From contig OY970181.1 in the NCBI GenBank assembly GCA_963708045.1, forward strand, positions 971,042 through 1,035,041: DNA of 64,000 nt, given 5' to 3'. This document shows, piece by piece, positions 38,950 through 47,849 of the stretch. The stretch's first letter is position 1. The number at the start of each line of letters is the position of its first letter. A program made the translations under genes and the position numbers. Below the pieces are notes generated by a model. It worked only from the letters and a program-made list of their open reading frames with translations, did not search any database and was not told the DNA's origin. The stretch is from an uncultured bacterium (GTDB lineage: Bacteria > Patescibacteriota > Patescibacteriia > CAIQCM01).

Positions 38950-40437
38950 TTATTGCAATGCTATATCAACGGCTTTCATATCCCCAAGAATTGCAGCATA
39001 GGCAGCGCTCGCGCTTACCTTGCCGTCCATTACATCGCCCAAATGCATGGTAAATTTTAAGGTCAAATCTTTATATTTTTCGCCAAGAATATAATCAACG
39101 GTTTTTGAGTCAAAAACATTGCCCCCGTATTTTTCGGTGATGTAAGTGATAAAATTATCAAACTGATCAGTGTTGGTAGAAACGCCGCCCGCCTTGCTAA
39201 TATTACCTTTAATTCCCGAGGGAGCTTTGGCATATCTAATCCATTTTTCCGCTGAGTTTGGCGTGCTAAAAGACATAAGCAATTTTACCGCTTCATCCCT
39301 AACAGGCGAATCTTTGGCCACGGCAAACATTGGATTATAACCGCCCATATAATGATCAACTGGTTCGTACGTCGGCATCTCAACCGGTACCATTTTCATT
39401 GTTTTTGTTGCATCAATACCGTGCCAATGGCTATACAACCAACTCGCACCACATACTGTGAAGACAGCTTTATTCTCTAGCACATAATTGCGAGTGTCAA
39501 ACCAATTAAGATCCTTCCAGTCAGAAATAAGCGGTTTATATTTTGCCAGTTCACCGAGCGAACCAAGCACTTTTTTAACGGCCGCCATTTTCGTATTTGA
39601 CGGGGTTGTGCTCTCTAAGTCCGCCAAGCTGGCAAATTGCGAACGAAACAAACTTTGAAAAATATTCCAAGTGCTGGGCGCATAACCGATTCCACCTTTG
39701 TAATCCCCGCTGTCATAAAGAATAGGAATACTCGTTTTATTCTTCTTATTGTAATCACTAACTTGTTTAAAGTAGCCCAGCAGGTCGTCAAAAGTCATGT
39801 TTTTATCCTTAACCTGAATCCCCATTTTATCGGTTAATTCTTTATTATAGAAGAACGGTTGATAAAAACCCTCAATATATGGACCAGTGATCGTTCCGTT
39901 CATATGGTTTCTATATTGCGGGTCAGACAAAATAAACGATTTCTGCGTTTCATTAAAACCCGGAACAGTTTCAAAATCAACTAAATACTTTTTGCCCCAG
40001 TCTGGATTGTTCAAACCGTTGGCGATTTCTTGATAATAAAAAGGTTCCAACCAAATAATATCCCACAAAATCTTTCCCGTTTTAAATTGATTGATTGACG
40101 CTTGAATCGCGCCCTCGCGTCCACCTAAAAAATCTCCGTTCCACTTAATATCCACGCTAATGTTTGGATTTCTAGTCTCAAATTCTTTAATTGTTTCCGT
40201 TAAAAAATTCTCACGAAGATCTTCCCCCTTCCACTGACCCTGCAAGTTGATAATTTTTTTAACTTCGGCGACACTATTCGCTAAATTAATACGACTGGTT
40301 TTTGTTACTAAAATAGAATTGTTGGAACTAAAATACCAAACCACCGTGCCGACAGTAACGAGACCCAAAACCACTAGAAGAATTTTAAGTGTCCAATTTT
40401 TAGATTGACCGCCAGGCGTCTGCAAATTCATAATCAA
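38950..40437 (-). CDS. membrane-anchored extracellular solute-binding-like protein
   Basis: N-terminal TM followed by a large soluble domain of about 450 aa, with length and composition typical of ABC family-1 substrate-binding proteins. No strong motif. Confidence 0.4.
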   Translation of the reverse strand: MIMNLQTPGGQSKNWTLKILLVVLGLVTVGTVVWYFSSNNSILVTKTSRINLANSVAEVKKIINLQGQWKGEDLRENFLTETIKEFETRNPNISVDIKWNGDFLGGREGAIQASINQFKTGKILWDIIWLEPFYYQEIANGLNNPDWGKKYLVDFETVPGFNETQKSFILSDPQYRNHMNGTITGPYIEGFYQPFFYNKELTDKMGIQVKDKNMTFDDLLGYFKQVSDYNKKNKTSIPILYDSGDYKGGIGYAPSTWNIFQSLFRSQFASLADLESTTPSNTKMAAVKKVLGSLGELAKYKPLISDWKDLNWFDTRNYVLENKAVFTVCGASWLYSHWHGIDATKTMKMVPVEMPTYEPVDHYMGGYNPMFAVAKDSPVRDEAVKLLMSFSTPNSAEKWIRYAKAPSGIKGNISKAGGVSTNTDQFDNFITYITEKYGGNVFDSKTVDYILGEKYKDLTLKFTMHLGDVMDGKVSASAAYAAILGDMKAVDIALQ

Positions 40438-40446
40438 ATTAAAAAA

Positions 40447-40869
40447 TTAATGACCGGAATGATTCTTAATGATCACATCAATCTTTTCAACAATATCACC
40501 AAGTTTCATATTGGCTTTAACCCAATAATCATCAGCACCAAGCGCTTTGCTTTTTTCAACGTCTTCCGACCTGTCACCAAAATTTGTAAGCATTACCACT
40601 GGCAAATTTTTATAAATATGATCAGCCTTCATGACTTTAAGCATTTCCAAACCGTTCATTTTTGGCATCATTATATCCAAAAGAACTATATCCGGCCGAT
40701 CATTTTTTAAAGCCTTAAGTCCTTCTTCGCCGTTAAAAGCCGTGGTCAAATTAAAACCAACTAGTTTTAATTTTCTTTGATACATTCTTACGATCATCGG
40801 ATCGTCTTCAACAAGCAGAACTTTCTTGTTCTTGGGCGACGACTTGACTTTTGACGCTTGACTGATCAT
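40447..40869 (-). CDS. single-domain response regulator (receiver only)
   Basis: VLLVEDDPMIVRMY...IVLLDIMMPKMNGLEML. Confidence 0.75.
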   Translation of the reverse strand: MISQASKVKSSPKNKKVLLVEDDPMIVRMYQRKLKLVGFNLTTAFNGEEGLKALKNDRPDIVLLDIMMPKMNGLEMLKVMKADHIYKNLPVVMLTNFGDRSEDVEKSKALGADDYWVKANMKLGDIVEKIDVIIKNHSGH

Positions 40870-41017
40870 TTTTATAGCTTTATATCTTTAAAAACCTGTA
40901 CACATTTTAATTATAGCACAGAAAATAAAAAAATTCTCCCACAAACCGTAGTTAGGGGGATAAAACATTCCATCAAAAGTCACATTGAATATAAACCAAC
41001 TTTGGGTTGTTTGCAAA

Positions 41018-41088
41018 ACTCCGAGGGATGGATTCGAACCATCATAGCGGGATTCAAAGTCCCGAGTCCTGCCATTAGACGACCTCGG
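41018..41088 (-). tRNA. tRNA-Gln (anticodon TTG)
   Basis: Acceptor TCCGAGG/CCTCGGA, anticodon arm CGGGA-CTTTGAA-TCCCG, T-arm GATGG-TTCGAAT-CCATC, discriminator G. Confidence 0.8.
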
Positions 41089-41236
41089 AGTTTTATAAAC
41101 AACCTCTTCCGATTGATTCACATAGACTACGGAAAAAAACAAGTTTTAATCAAGGGCTACCCATAAATAGAACGAGCAGCCTGTGCGAGGCTGCTCGTTT
41201 TCTTCGGACGCAATTGATCCTGAGACCAATATACCC

Positions 41237-42073
41237 TTACGCCGCAGAAGAAAGTCTTTGAACAATCCCCTCAGCCTCCTTTGCTAAAGACAATGCTTCG
41301 GTCAGCAAAGACGAACAAAGAGTATTCGTGACCGCGCCCCCCATTTGCAGTTCTCTAATTTTCCTCTTTGCCGACTGTTGAATCTCGTCAAGAGTCACCA
41401 GGTTGATCACGCGAGCGCCCCTGTTTCTACAAGCGTGAACCCAGCGATGAGCTAAATGAACCCAAAGCGCCAAGTCTTCTTTTTTCTCGGCCTTGCCAAC
41501 GAACTCATTGGCCTTTTCCAGATGCCCAACGATCCCCTTCACGATTCCAGGGGTTGGATCAACCTGCGTACCATCGGGCATTGCTTGTGTCGGAGCCCTA
41601 TTTCTCACAAACGCATCTTTTGACGTCCTCCGCCCTATAATATTAATGGCGCCAAAAACTTCAGCAGATAACGTGTTCAGAAACAGGTTCGCCACCACCA
41701 TCTTGGCCGCAATTAAAAGGACAGCATTGTCGCCGATTTTTGCGAAAACGTCGGGCAGTTCGGCAACCGTACCCGCCTCGGAACCTTTTGGCGAGTCGTC
41801 TGCATCAAGGAGAATAACCCGCTTTCCATTCGGCGCAATTCTGTCAACACAATCGCGAATCATTTGGGCGGCTTCGCACAAAAACTCATCGGGCGTTCGC
41901 GAAATAGCAAACCTTCCTTCCAGCGCCTTGGCGGCACCGATACCAACACCTTCCATATGAGGACGTCCCAAAGTGTCAAGAATCTCAAGACGAAACCTTC
42001 CAGCCACAGCAACAATCTCAGTGAGCGCGATTGCCGTCTGTGAACTAAGTTCGATCGGTGTTTTCTCGTCCAT
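41237..42073 (-). CDS. hypothetical protein (278 aa)
   Basis: Long ORF downstream of tRNA-Gln with slightly GC-richer codon usage than its neighbours. No recognisable motif. Confidence 0.4.
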   Translation of the reverse strand: MDEKTPIELSSQTAIALTEIVAVAGRFRLEILDTLGRPHMEGVGIGAAKALEGRFAISRTPDEFLCEAAQMIRDCVDRIAPNGKRVILLDADDSPKGSEAGTVAELPDVFAKIGDNAVLLIAAKMVVANLFLNTLSAEVFGAINIIGRRTSKDAFVRNRAPTQAMPDGTQVDPTPGIVKGIVGHLEKANEFVGKAEKKEDLALWVHLAHRWVHACRNRGARVINLVTLDEIQQSAKRKIRELQMGGAVTNTLCSSLLTEALSLAKEAEGIVQRLSSAA

Positions 42074-42126
42074 TGCTTCCCTTCCCTTCTTTAAAAAGAT
42101 CAGTTAAACCTGCTCCGTCTTTAACA

Positions 42127-43389
42127 TTATTTATGCGTTCCGTCAACCGCAACCGCCTCGCCAGCGAGGTAGCCAGTTGTCCAACAAATTTGCAAAGAAA
42201 ATCCGCCGGATGGACGATTAAAATTAAGCGCATCGCCTAAAATATAAAGATTGGAATTAATTTTTGAACGCATCGTGCGAAAATCAACTTCGGCAGGAGA
42301 AACACCACCTGAGCTTACAATTGCTTTGTCCGACCCAAGTAAGCCACTTGCCGTAAGACGAAAATCTTTAAGCATTTTAACGATCATTGCCCGTTCGGTG
42401 CGCGATACCCTGTTTACCCATTTTTCCGAATCAATATTATTTATTTGTAAAATAATTTCCAAAACTTTTTCTGGAAGCAAATGAACCAGAACGTTTTTAA
42501 TTTTTTTACTATTATTTTTCGCAAAAATTTTTAAAAGTTCGCTGTCTAATTCCGCTTGCGTTTTTTCAGGGATAAAATCAACAGCAATAATCGTTTCCCC
42601 CGTTTTAAGCGCCTCACCAATTTTTTTACTCATATTTAAAATAAGCGGACCCGACAAACCAAAATGCGTAAATAGTATTTTACCAGCCTTGCGCTCAATC
42701 TTTTTTCCGTTCGCAAGCAGACTTACTCGCGCTTTAGGAAAAGACAGACCCGACAAATTACTTACCCATTTTTCTTTAACCATTACCGGCACCAGCGAGA
42801 CGTCGGATGGAATAATCGTATGACCGGTTTTGGCAAGCCACTTAAAACCATCGCCCGTGGAACCAGTTTCTGGATAAGCAATGCCACCCGTCGCAATTGC
42901 AAGCGAGCGAGCGCGAAACTCGCCAGCCGAAGAAACGACTCTGGCATAATCGTCATAAACAAAAACCTTTTCCACCGAAGCATTTAAGACCACACGAACG
43001 CCACCCTCGCGCATATACTCAGCAAGGGCACGAATAACATCACGAGCATCATTGGTTACCGGAAAAACCCGACCCTCGGCCTCTTCTTTTGTTTTTAACC
43101 CGCGCGCTTCAAAAAAAGCGATTGCTTCGCTTACGCCAAAACGCGAAAAAGACGCAAAAAGCTGCTTACCGCCCGCGCCATAACGATTGACTAAATCACG
43201 AACATTATCTATTGCATTGGTTAAATTACAGCGTCCGCCGCCCGTAAGTGCTAATTTTTTTCCCAGCACCGGATTTTTTTCCAAAAGCAAAACTCGCGCC
43301 CCGCGTTCAGCCGCGCGCCCCGCACACATCATTCCAGCGGGTCCGCCACCGACGACAATTAGATCAAACTTTTCTTCGTTTTGTATCAT
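42127..43389 (-). CDS. FAD-dependent oxidoreductase, HI0933/aminoacetone-oxidase-like family
   Basis: DLIVVGGGPAGMMCAGRAAERGARVLLLEKNPVLGKKLALTGGGRCNLTN. Confidence 0.8.
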   Translation of the reverse strand: MIQNEEKFDLIVVGGGPAGMMCAGRAAERGARVLLLEKNPVLGKKLALTGGGRCNLTNAIDNVRDLVNRYGAGGKQLFASFSRFGVSEAIAFFEARGLKTKEEAEGRVFPVTNDARDVIRALAEYMREGGVRVVLNASVEKVFVYDDYARVVSSAGEFRARSLAIATGGIAYPETGSTGDGFKWLAKTGHTIIPSDVSLVPVMVKEKWVSNLSGLSFPKARVSLLANGKKIERKAGKILFTHFGLSGPLILNMSKKIGEALKTGETIIAVDFIPEKTQAELDSELLKIFAKNNSKKIKNVLVHLLPEKVLEIILQINNIDSEKWVNRVSRTERAMIVKMLKDFRLTASGLLGSDKAIVSSGGVSPAEVDFRTMRSKINSNLYILGDALNFNRPSGGFSLQICWTTGYLAGEAVAVDGTHK

Positions 43390-43435
43390 ATCTCTACCTT
43401 ACTTGATTGTTAGTGTTTTTCCAATGCCCTTTTAG

Positions 43436-43548
43436 CCCCCTTTTGGTAAACGGGAGGGTAGGGAGAATTCTGTATTATTACGTTAAAGTTATTTACGGCG
43501 AAACGAACTCCCCCTACCCCCTCTTTTGCAAAGAGTGGGCTAAGATTG
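43436..43548 (+). repeat. structured intergenic repeat, copy 2
   Basis: Near-identical to 8339-8455, including the cccctcttttgcaaagagtggg 3' hairpin. Confidence 0.9.
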
Positions 43549-43643
43549 GTTACAGATTTCATGTCTACTAATGTGTAAAGAGAGGGCGATGACAAAATTT
43601 TCAAATACAATCTTTTTTACAAAGAGAGTGACGAAGGCACGAA

Positions 43644-43765
43644 AAATCTTAGTCCTCCCTTTGGTAAAAGGGAGGGTAGGGAGAGTTCTGTATTTTAGCG
43701 TTAAAGTTATTTATGACGGAACAAACTCCCCTACCCCCTCCCGATGGCCATCGGGAGGGGGTACC
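43644..43765 (+). repeat. structured intergenic repeat, copy 3 (variant 3' hairpin)
   Basis: Same 5' hairpin and core, but the 3' hairpin is replaced by cccctcccgatggccatcgggagggg. Confidence 0.9.
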
Positions 43766-43827
43766 AAATACAAAATCGGGACAGCGATCAGCTGACCCGA
43801 TTAATAAAAACTTTTTATTTTACATGG

Positions 43828-44736
43828 CTAAACCTTCATATATCTTCCGACAGCGTAAATGGAGGCCAAACTCGTAAGAACGGCGATGGAGGCGTATTCG
43901 CAAACGGCGATTACGACAACATTTTTAATAAAATATTGCGCGAGCATAGGGTCAACGCCCAAAAACCCGCTTAGCGCCGACGAACCAAAATACAAAGCCG
44001 CCGCGGCTATACCTGAAGATATGACCAGCGAAAAAAATGAAATTACCAAACTTTCAATTATAAACGGCAAGCGAATAAACATTCCCGAAGCACCGACTAA
44101 CTTCATAATCCCGATCTCGTCTTTGTGCGTAAAAATAGCAACCCGCACTGAATTAACCATAATAATTACGGCAATGAGCGCAAAAAATATAAGCAAGGTG
44201 GCGCCGATATCGCGAACTCGTCCTTTAATATTTTCCACGCGATCAACCAAAGCGCGATAATCTTCAAAATTCTTTTCGGCGATCAAATCTTTGTAAGCCG
44301 GGTGATCAAGCGCCGTTAAAATCATTTGATACTGATCAAGCGCCTTAGCTTTTACAACAAGCGTTGTTCCGAGCGGATTATCGCCAACTTCGTCCAGTGC
44401 TTTCATTACGTCGGAATCATCTTTGTGGCGTTCTTTAAATTTAGCGAGCGCCTCGTCGGGCGTAATACTTGTAACGGTTGAAACCTGAGGCAGACCGGCC
44501 AAATAACTGCGCACCGCCGTAACCTGATCACCCGTTGCGCTTGGCACCAAATAAACAGCCACATCAATTTTGTCCTCAAAAGCCGAAGAAACTGCCGAAG
44601 CGGTCACGTTTAGCGACAAAAGAATATTCACGGAAAACAAAGTAACCGTAAGGACAACAATCGTCATTATGGAAAGCCACAAGTTGCGGCCAATATTCTG
44701 AAAAGCAAATTTAATAACGCGAAATAGTTTATTCAC
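43828..44736 (-). CDS. ftsX: cell division ABC transporter permease FtsX
   Basis: One N-terminal TM, a periplasmic domain and three C-terminal TM segments. Lies immediately downstream of ftsE. Confidence 0.8.
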   Translation of the reverse strand: MNKLFRVIKFAFQNIGRNLWLSIMTIVVLTVTLFSVNILLSLNVTASAVSSAFEDKIDVAVYLVPSATGDQVTAVRSYLAGLPQVSTVTSITPDEALAKFKERHKDDSDVMKALDEVGDNPLGTTLVVKAKALDQYQMILTALDHPAYKDLIAEKNFEDYRALVDRVENIKGRVRDIGATLLIFFALIAVIIMVNSVRVAIFTHKDEIGIMKLVGASGMFIRLPFIIESLVISFFSLVISSGIAAAALYFGSSALSGFLGVDPMLAQYFIKNVVVIAVCEYASIAVLTSLASIYAVGRYMKV

Positions 44737-44750
44737 AACTTTTTGAAATA

Positions 44751-44770
44751 CGTCCCGCGATCGCGGGACG
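44751..44770. repeat. perfect 20-bp GC-rich palindrome in the ftsE-ftsX spacer, followed by attaga-type short repeats
   Basis: The palindrome is cgtcccgcgatcgcgggacg. It is followed by attagatattagaaattagacattagatatttagat. Confidence 0.7.
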
Positions 44771-44807
44771 ATTCCGGATTAGATATTAGAAATTAGACAT
44801 TAGATAT

Positions 44808-45491
44808 TTAGATGACGTATTTCCCCACCTCAGCATCATTAACAAGCATCCCGTCTTCCAGAGTAATGACGCGACGCTTAAGACCGTTCACAATTTCACG
44901 ATTGTGCGTCACAAGCAAAACGGTGGTGCCAAATTGATTGATCTTTAAAAGCAAGTTGGTAATCTCTTTGGCATTCAAGGCGTCCAAGTTTCCCGTCGGC
45001 TCGTCGGCAACAAGTAACTTTGGCCGATTGGCGAGCGAGCGCGCCACAACCACCCGCTGCTGTTCGCCGCCCGAGAGTTGGCGCGGATAGCGATCACATT
45101 TATCTTCCAAATTAACAATCTTAAGCAAATTAGGAACAACTTTTTTAATTTCTTTGTTTGATGCACCGCAAGCTTCTAGCGCAAAAGCGACATTTTCGTA
45201 AACCGTCTTTGCGGGCAAAAGTTTAAAATCCTGAAAAATAACACCGATCTGCCGGCGCAAAAATGGCACTTCACCCGGACGAATATTGGCAACGTCCCAG
45301 TCGCCGATTTTGATCTCGCCCTTAGTTGGTTTTTCTTCGGCAATAATCAATTTAACGAGCGTAGTTTTGCCACTTCCCGACTGCCCAACAACTGACACAA
45401 ATTCTCCCGGGTTAATACGCAAATGAATACTGCGCAAAGCCGGCGGCAGGTTATCAGCGTAATATTTTGTAACGTTTTTAAGATTGATCAT
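44808..45491 (-). CDS. ftsE: cell division ATP-binding protein FtsE
   Basis: Walker A GQSGSGKTT, signature LSGGEQQRV, Walker B LLVADEPTGNLD. The start is taken at MINLKNV (the longer ORF extends to 45548). Confidence 0.85.
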   Translation of the reverse strand: MINLKNVTKYYADNLPPALRSIHLRINPGEFVSVVGQSGSGKTTLVKLIIAEEKPTKGEIKIGDWDVANIRPGEVPFLRRQIGVIFQDFKLLPAKTVYENVAFALEACGASNKEIKKVVPNLLKIVNLEDKCDRYPRQLSGGEQQRVVVARSLANRPKLLVADEPTGNLDALNAKEITNLLLKINQFGTTVLLVTHNREIVNGLKRRVITLEDGMLVNDAEVGKYVI

Positions 45492-45579
45492 CGTGGTTTT
45501 GTATTGTAGCACGTTTTGTATGAACAATGAACTATGAACAATAAACAACCAACCAAAAATACGATTGCGAATTAAATAT

Positions 45580-46398
45580 TTATTTCCTTTTTATATTCAA
45601 AAAAGCAAATTGCTTTTTTTCTTCATTATAAAGCGAATTAATGCTTACGCCAGAAAGATTTTGACTAAAAATTCTGACATTATCCAGCTGACCGACAAAA
45701 CTCGTACAGCACATACCTCGGCCAATCCAAGGCGCGATGTCGTTTCTATCGGCATAAGAATATGGTAAGGAAACCGTTCCGACAAGATGACCATCAATGT
45801 AACCGGAAAACAAATGACCAGTAACGTCAAAAACACCGGCAACATGATGCCATTTTCCGTCGTTTGCTGTTTTTGTTCCACACGTTGTCTCCGTCCATGC
45901 GTCGGTGCCGCCAATAAGAAAACCAATTACTCCCGTGCTGAGTCCAAACCGATATCCAACACCGGAACCAGCATTGGCAATGACGTACATTTGACCGTTA
46001 ATGCTTGTTGTTTTTATCCAAAACGCGATTGTAAAATTAGTATTAGAAATTCCTAAGCTCGATGCCGGATTAACATGATCCGAGCCAGTAAAATTCATTG
46101 AATATTTTGAGCCAGAACCAAAAGTATCAGTACTCCAAGTTGGACTGCCAGAAATAGACGCGTTGTTTCCGTTTCCTGAGGAGTCAACAATAACACTTCC
46201 CGAACCTTCTTCAAAATCATAAGCCGCGACAAGCGCCGAGCCCAGGCTATTGTATAAACTTTGTTCAAAGGAAGCGCCGGAGGCAATCCTGGCTTTGTCT
46301 CTCGTCGTTGTAAGCGAAACCACGGCGATAGTGGAAAGCAGGCCGACAATAGCAATGACGACTAAAAGTTCAATTAGAGTAAAAGCTTTTGATTTCAT
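45580..46398 (-). CDS. type IV pilin/pseudopilin-like protein with a C-terminal concanavalin/LamG-like domain
   Basis: Prepilin N-terminal methylation motif KAFTLIELLVVIAIVGLL. The C-terminus has FTIAFWIKT...GKWHHVAGVFD...LDNVRIF, typical of LamG jelly-roll domains. Confidence 0.65.
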   Translation of the reverse strand: MKSKAFTLIELLVVIAIVGLLSTIAVVSLTTTRDKARIASGASFEQSLYNSLGSALVAAYDFEEGSGSVIVDSSGNGNNASISGSPTWSTDTFGSGSKYSMNFTGSDHVNPASSLGISNTNFTIAFWIKTTSINGQMYVIANAGSGVGYRFGLSTGVIGFLIGGTDAWTETTCGTKTANDGKWHHVAGVFDVTGHLFSGYIDGHLVGTVSLPYSYADRNDIAPWIGRGMCCTSFVGQLDNVRIFSQNLSGVSINSLYNEEKKQFAFLNIKRK

Positions 46399-46550
46399 TA
46401 AGGTAGCTAATATTTTTTTATATTATATCGCATAACCCCGGCGCAAACTAATGTCCCGCCACACCCCTCACCCGGCCTTCAACCACCCTCTCCCACACTT
46501 GGGAGAGGGTGGTCCGTGAATTTTTTAAACAAAAAAACCACAGAACTTCT

Positions 46551-46680
46551 AGCCCCTCCCTTTGGTAAAAGGGAGGGTGGCCGAAGGCCGGGAGAGTTCT
46601 GTTTTATTACGTTAAAGTTATTTATGACGAAACGAACTCCCCCTACCCCCTCCCCGATGGCCATCGGGGAGGGGGCTAAA
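46551..46680 (+). repeat. structured intergenic repeat, copy 4 (with an insertion in the 5' hairpin)
   Basis: ccctccctttggtaaaagggagggtGGCCGAAGGCCGggagagttctgttttattacgttaaagttatttatgacgaaacgaactccccctaccccctccccgatggccatcggggaggggg. A further hairpin, ccaccctctcccacacttgggagagggtgg, lies at 46491-46520. Confidence 0.9.
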
Positions 46681-46730
46681 AAATATTTTATATAAAACAA
46701 AAACCCCGAAGAAGATCGAGGTTTTTGCTA

Positions 46731-46802
46731 AGCCGGTGGTGAGAGTCGAACTCACGACCTCTGCTTTACGAAAGCATTGCTCTGCCACTGAGCTACACCG
46801 GC
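46731..46802 (-). tRNA. tRNA-Thr (anticodon CGT)
   Basis: Reverse complement GCCGGTG-TA-GCTC-AGTGGCA-GAGC-A-ATGCT-TTCGTAA-AGCAG-AGGTC-GTGAG-TTCGACT-CTCAC-CACCGGC-T. Confidence 0.8.
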
Positions 46803-46842
46803 GAACGAGTTGTAAGTTGTTGGTTTCTGGTAAAAGAAACGA

Positions 46843-47157
46843 CTATTTGGACAAGATTACGAGCAAAAAGAATACCACCAACCAGAAAAAAAGCCAAGAG
46901 AAGGTGTAGATAAGCATTTTCACAGCCTCTTTTTTGGCACCGTCCAAATACATTAAAATCGGCTTGCCAAAGACGAGCGAGCTAGTTATGCCAGCCGAGA
47001 AAACAAAAAGCAATAACATCATCACCCCAGTAAGTGCGGTATCAACTTTTCCAAAAAGACGACTGCCGTTACTCATTAATTGCGAAACCAAAAATACATA
47101 AACAACAACTCCCAACGAATGCAACAAACTTTGTTTTATTAATTCAAATTTTTTCAT
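46843..47157 (-). CDS. hypothetical membrane protein
   Basis: Three TM segments. Start taken at MKKFELIK, because the longer ORF would overlap tRNA-Gly. Confidence 0.4.
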   Translation of the reverse strand: MKKFELIKQSLLHSLGVVVYVFLVSQLMSNGSRLFGKVDTALTGVMMLLLFVFSAGITSSLVFGKPILMYLDGAKKEAVKMLIYTFSWLFFWLVVFFLLVILSK

Positions 47158-47179
47158 AGTTTTTATTTGCGGATCTCTT

Positions 47180-47250
47180 AGCGGGATACGAGAATCGGAC
47201 TCGCGTCTCATGCTTGGGAAGCATGCATACTACCATTGTACTAATCCCGC
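47180..47250 (-). tRNA. tRNA-Gly (anticodon CCC), with an atypical T-loop
   Basis: Reverse complement GCGGGAT-TA-GTAC-AATGGTA-GTAT-G-CATGC-TTCCCAA-GCATG-AGAC-GCGAG-TCCGATT-CTCGT-ATCCCGC-T. The T-loop lacks the canonical TTC. Confidence 0.55.
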
Positions 47251-47340
47251 TAAGAAACCCGCCGTTTAATAAGTTTACGAAAACTTTATCACGAACTACT
47301 ATTTTTTAAAACCCTCCTCAGAAAACTGGTTTAATCATTT

Positions 47341-47372
47341 TTTCCTTCCCCCAAAAATGGGGGAAGGTGCCC
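47341..47372. repeat. GC hairpin ccttcccccaaaaatgggggaagg (left copy of an inverted pair)
   Basis: Its near-identical inverse complement lies at 47808-47838, on the other side of the DUF559 gene. Confidence 0.6.
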
Positions 47373-47397
47373 GAGAGGGCGGATGAGGGTTTTTGGA

Positions 47398-47754
47398 TTA
47401 TTCAATTTCAAGCTTAATCCTTATCGCTTCCAAAATTAAATTTAGATCCCTCATAACATCATTATTCCAGAATCTAAGAACCGTAATATTTAATGAGTTT
47501 AAAAATAGCGTCCGCTTGTTGTCATAATCAACATCTTCAATATGCTGTGAGCCATCAAGCTCTATAGCCAATTTTCTCTCGCGACAATAAAAATCCAAAA
47601 TATATGGATCAAGGCTATATTGTCGCTTAAACTTTAAACCAAAAAATCTCCCGCCTCTTACCCTATTCCAAAACAATCTTTCTGCTTCGGTTTGATTATG
47701 CCGCAGTTCGCGACGAAACGATAACAATTTTTTTGAATTTGCTATTTGTTTCAC
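47398..47754 (-). CDS. DUF559 (Vsr/restriction-endonuclease-like fold) protein
   Basis: ELRHNQTEAERLFWNRVR...YILDFYCRERKLAIELDGSQH...TVLRFWNNDV. Confidence 0.75.
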   Translation of the reverse strand: MKQIANSKKLLSFRRELRHNQTEAERLFWNRVRGGRFFGLKFKRQYSLDPYILDFYCRERKLAIELDGSQHIEDVDYDNKRTLFLNSLNITVLRFWNNDVMRDLNLILEAIRIKLEIE

Positions 47755-47807
47755 CGTGTTATTATAACATTTTGTTTATTAATCACCGTTTCAAAACCCC
47801 CCACCCC

Positions 47808-47838
47808 AGCCCCTCCCCCATTTTTGGGGGAGGGTGTA
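47808..47838. terminator. GC hairpin ccctcccccatttttgggggaggg: probable terminator of the swivel-domain array and right copy of the inverted hairpin pair
   Basis: Lies directly 3' of the array's last stop (47850). On the minus strand the stem is followed by a G-rich, T-containing tail. Confidence 0.45.
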
Positions 47839-47849
47839 GAAAATAATTT

